Notes under the pieces: model-generated
The model's input: the letters and a program-made list of their open reading frames with translations, nothing else
Databases searched by the model: none
Told to the model about the DNA's origin: nothing
Shown here: in pieces, positions 63,555 through 64,000 of the stretch
Numbering within the stretch: position 1 is the first letter of the stretch
How the letters are laid out: every line of letters starts with the position of its first letter
Source of the DNA: Trichinella spiralis
Taxonomy: Eukaryota
Direction of reading: 5' to 3'
Length of the DNA stretch: 64,000 nucleotides
Assembly (NCBI RefSeq): GCF_000181795.1
Contig: NW_003526941.1
Coordinates: forward strand, 5,557,053-5,621,052
Made by a program: the position numbers and the translations under genes

Positions 63555-64000
63555 TATAATAAGTAGAGTTTGATTGTTCCCAATTTTTCATTAGCATTTT
63601 CGTCTATTGATTAATAACAATTTGTTACGTCCTTTTACCATCAAAAGAAAAAACATGGGGATGTATTTATAAATTTACTTCTTTTTCTATTTCATCATTC
63701 TTTCATAGTGATAATTTGTTTTTCATCCTAGTGAATGAAAAATAATATGTAAATTAGGAAAATTATTATTGGATGTTGTTGCTTAATTATATGATGATGC
63801 TTTTATATATTTTTATACACTGACATTTATTTTTCTTTTTCTTTTAAAATAAAAGTAATTTTTTTATATTTCAAATCTGGTGCAAAAGAGATAATTTCAC
63901 TCCATTGAGGTCAATGTTGAAAATCTGACGGCAAAATTATTCTAATTTATCATTTTGTCATCTTCTTCGGCTGGCTGCAGTTTTATATATAGTTGTGTAT
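63555..64000 (+). repeat. Near-identical duplicate of 58442-58895 (LIM gene intron) after a gap
   Basis: aaatctggtgcaaaagagataatttcactccattgaggtcaatg...ttcggctggctgca is shared. Mismatches concentrate at the contig start. Confidence 0.9.

Overview
AT-rich, intron-dense eukaryotic DNA with short GT-AG introns. Gene content and intron style suggest a clade I nematode such as Trichinella (inference, not confirmed). It is a draft assembly with four 10-N gaps. Ten protein-coding genes can be modelled: PrimPol (963-2752,+), a secreted EB/WR1 cysteine-rich protein (17007-19993,+), a mitochondrial Pol-gamma accessory subunit POLG2 (20117-21834,-), a riboflavin transporter SLC52A (-), RABGAP1-like (-), a short syntaxin-6 (+), POFUT1 (+), a PP2A B'' subunit with a long N-terminal extension (-), an intronless orphan 7TM receptor (+) and exosome MTR3/EXOSC6 (-). 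An eleventh, a two-LIM EPLIN-like gene, is split into halves in swapped order across gaps, probably by mis-scaffolding. The most unusual structure is an ~11 kb nested palindrome (~3978-14948). It has ~3.3 kb near-identical outer arms built on a ~1.6 kb tandem unit resembling a decayed Ulp1/C48 protease gene, older diverged inner arms, two convergent arrays of the 5' splice-site consensus AGGTAAGT, and a ~340 bp GC-rich core with a 31-bp hairpin and six octamer motifs. Exon boundaries and alignments were derived by eye, and human comparison motifs are quoted from memory.
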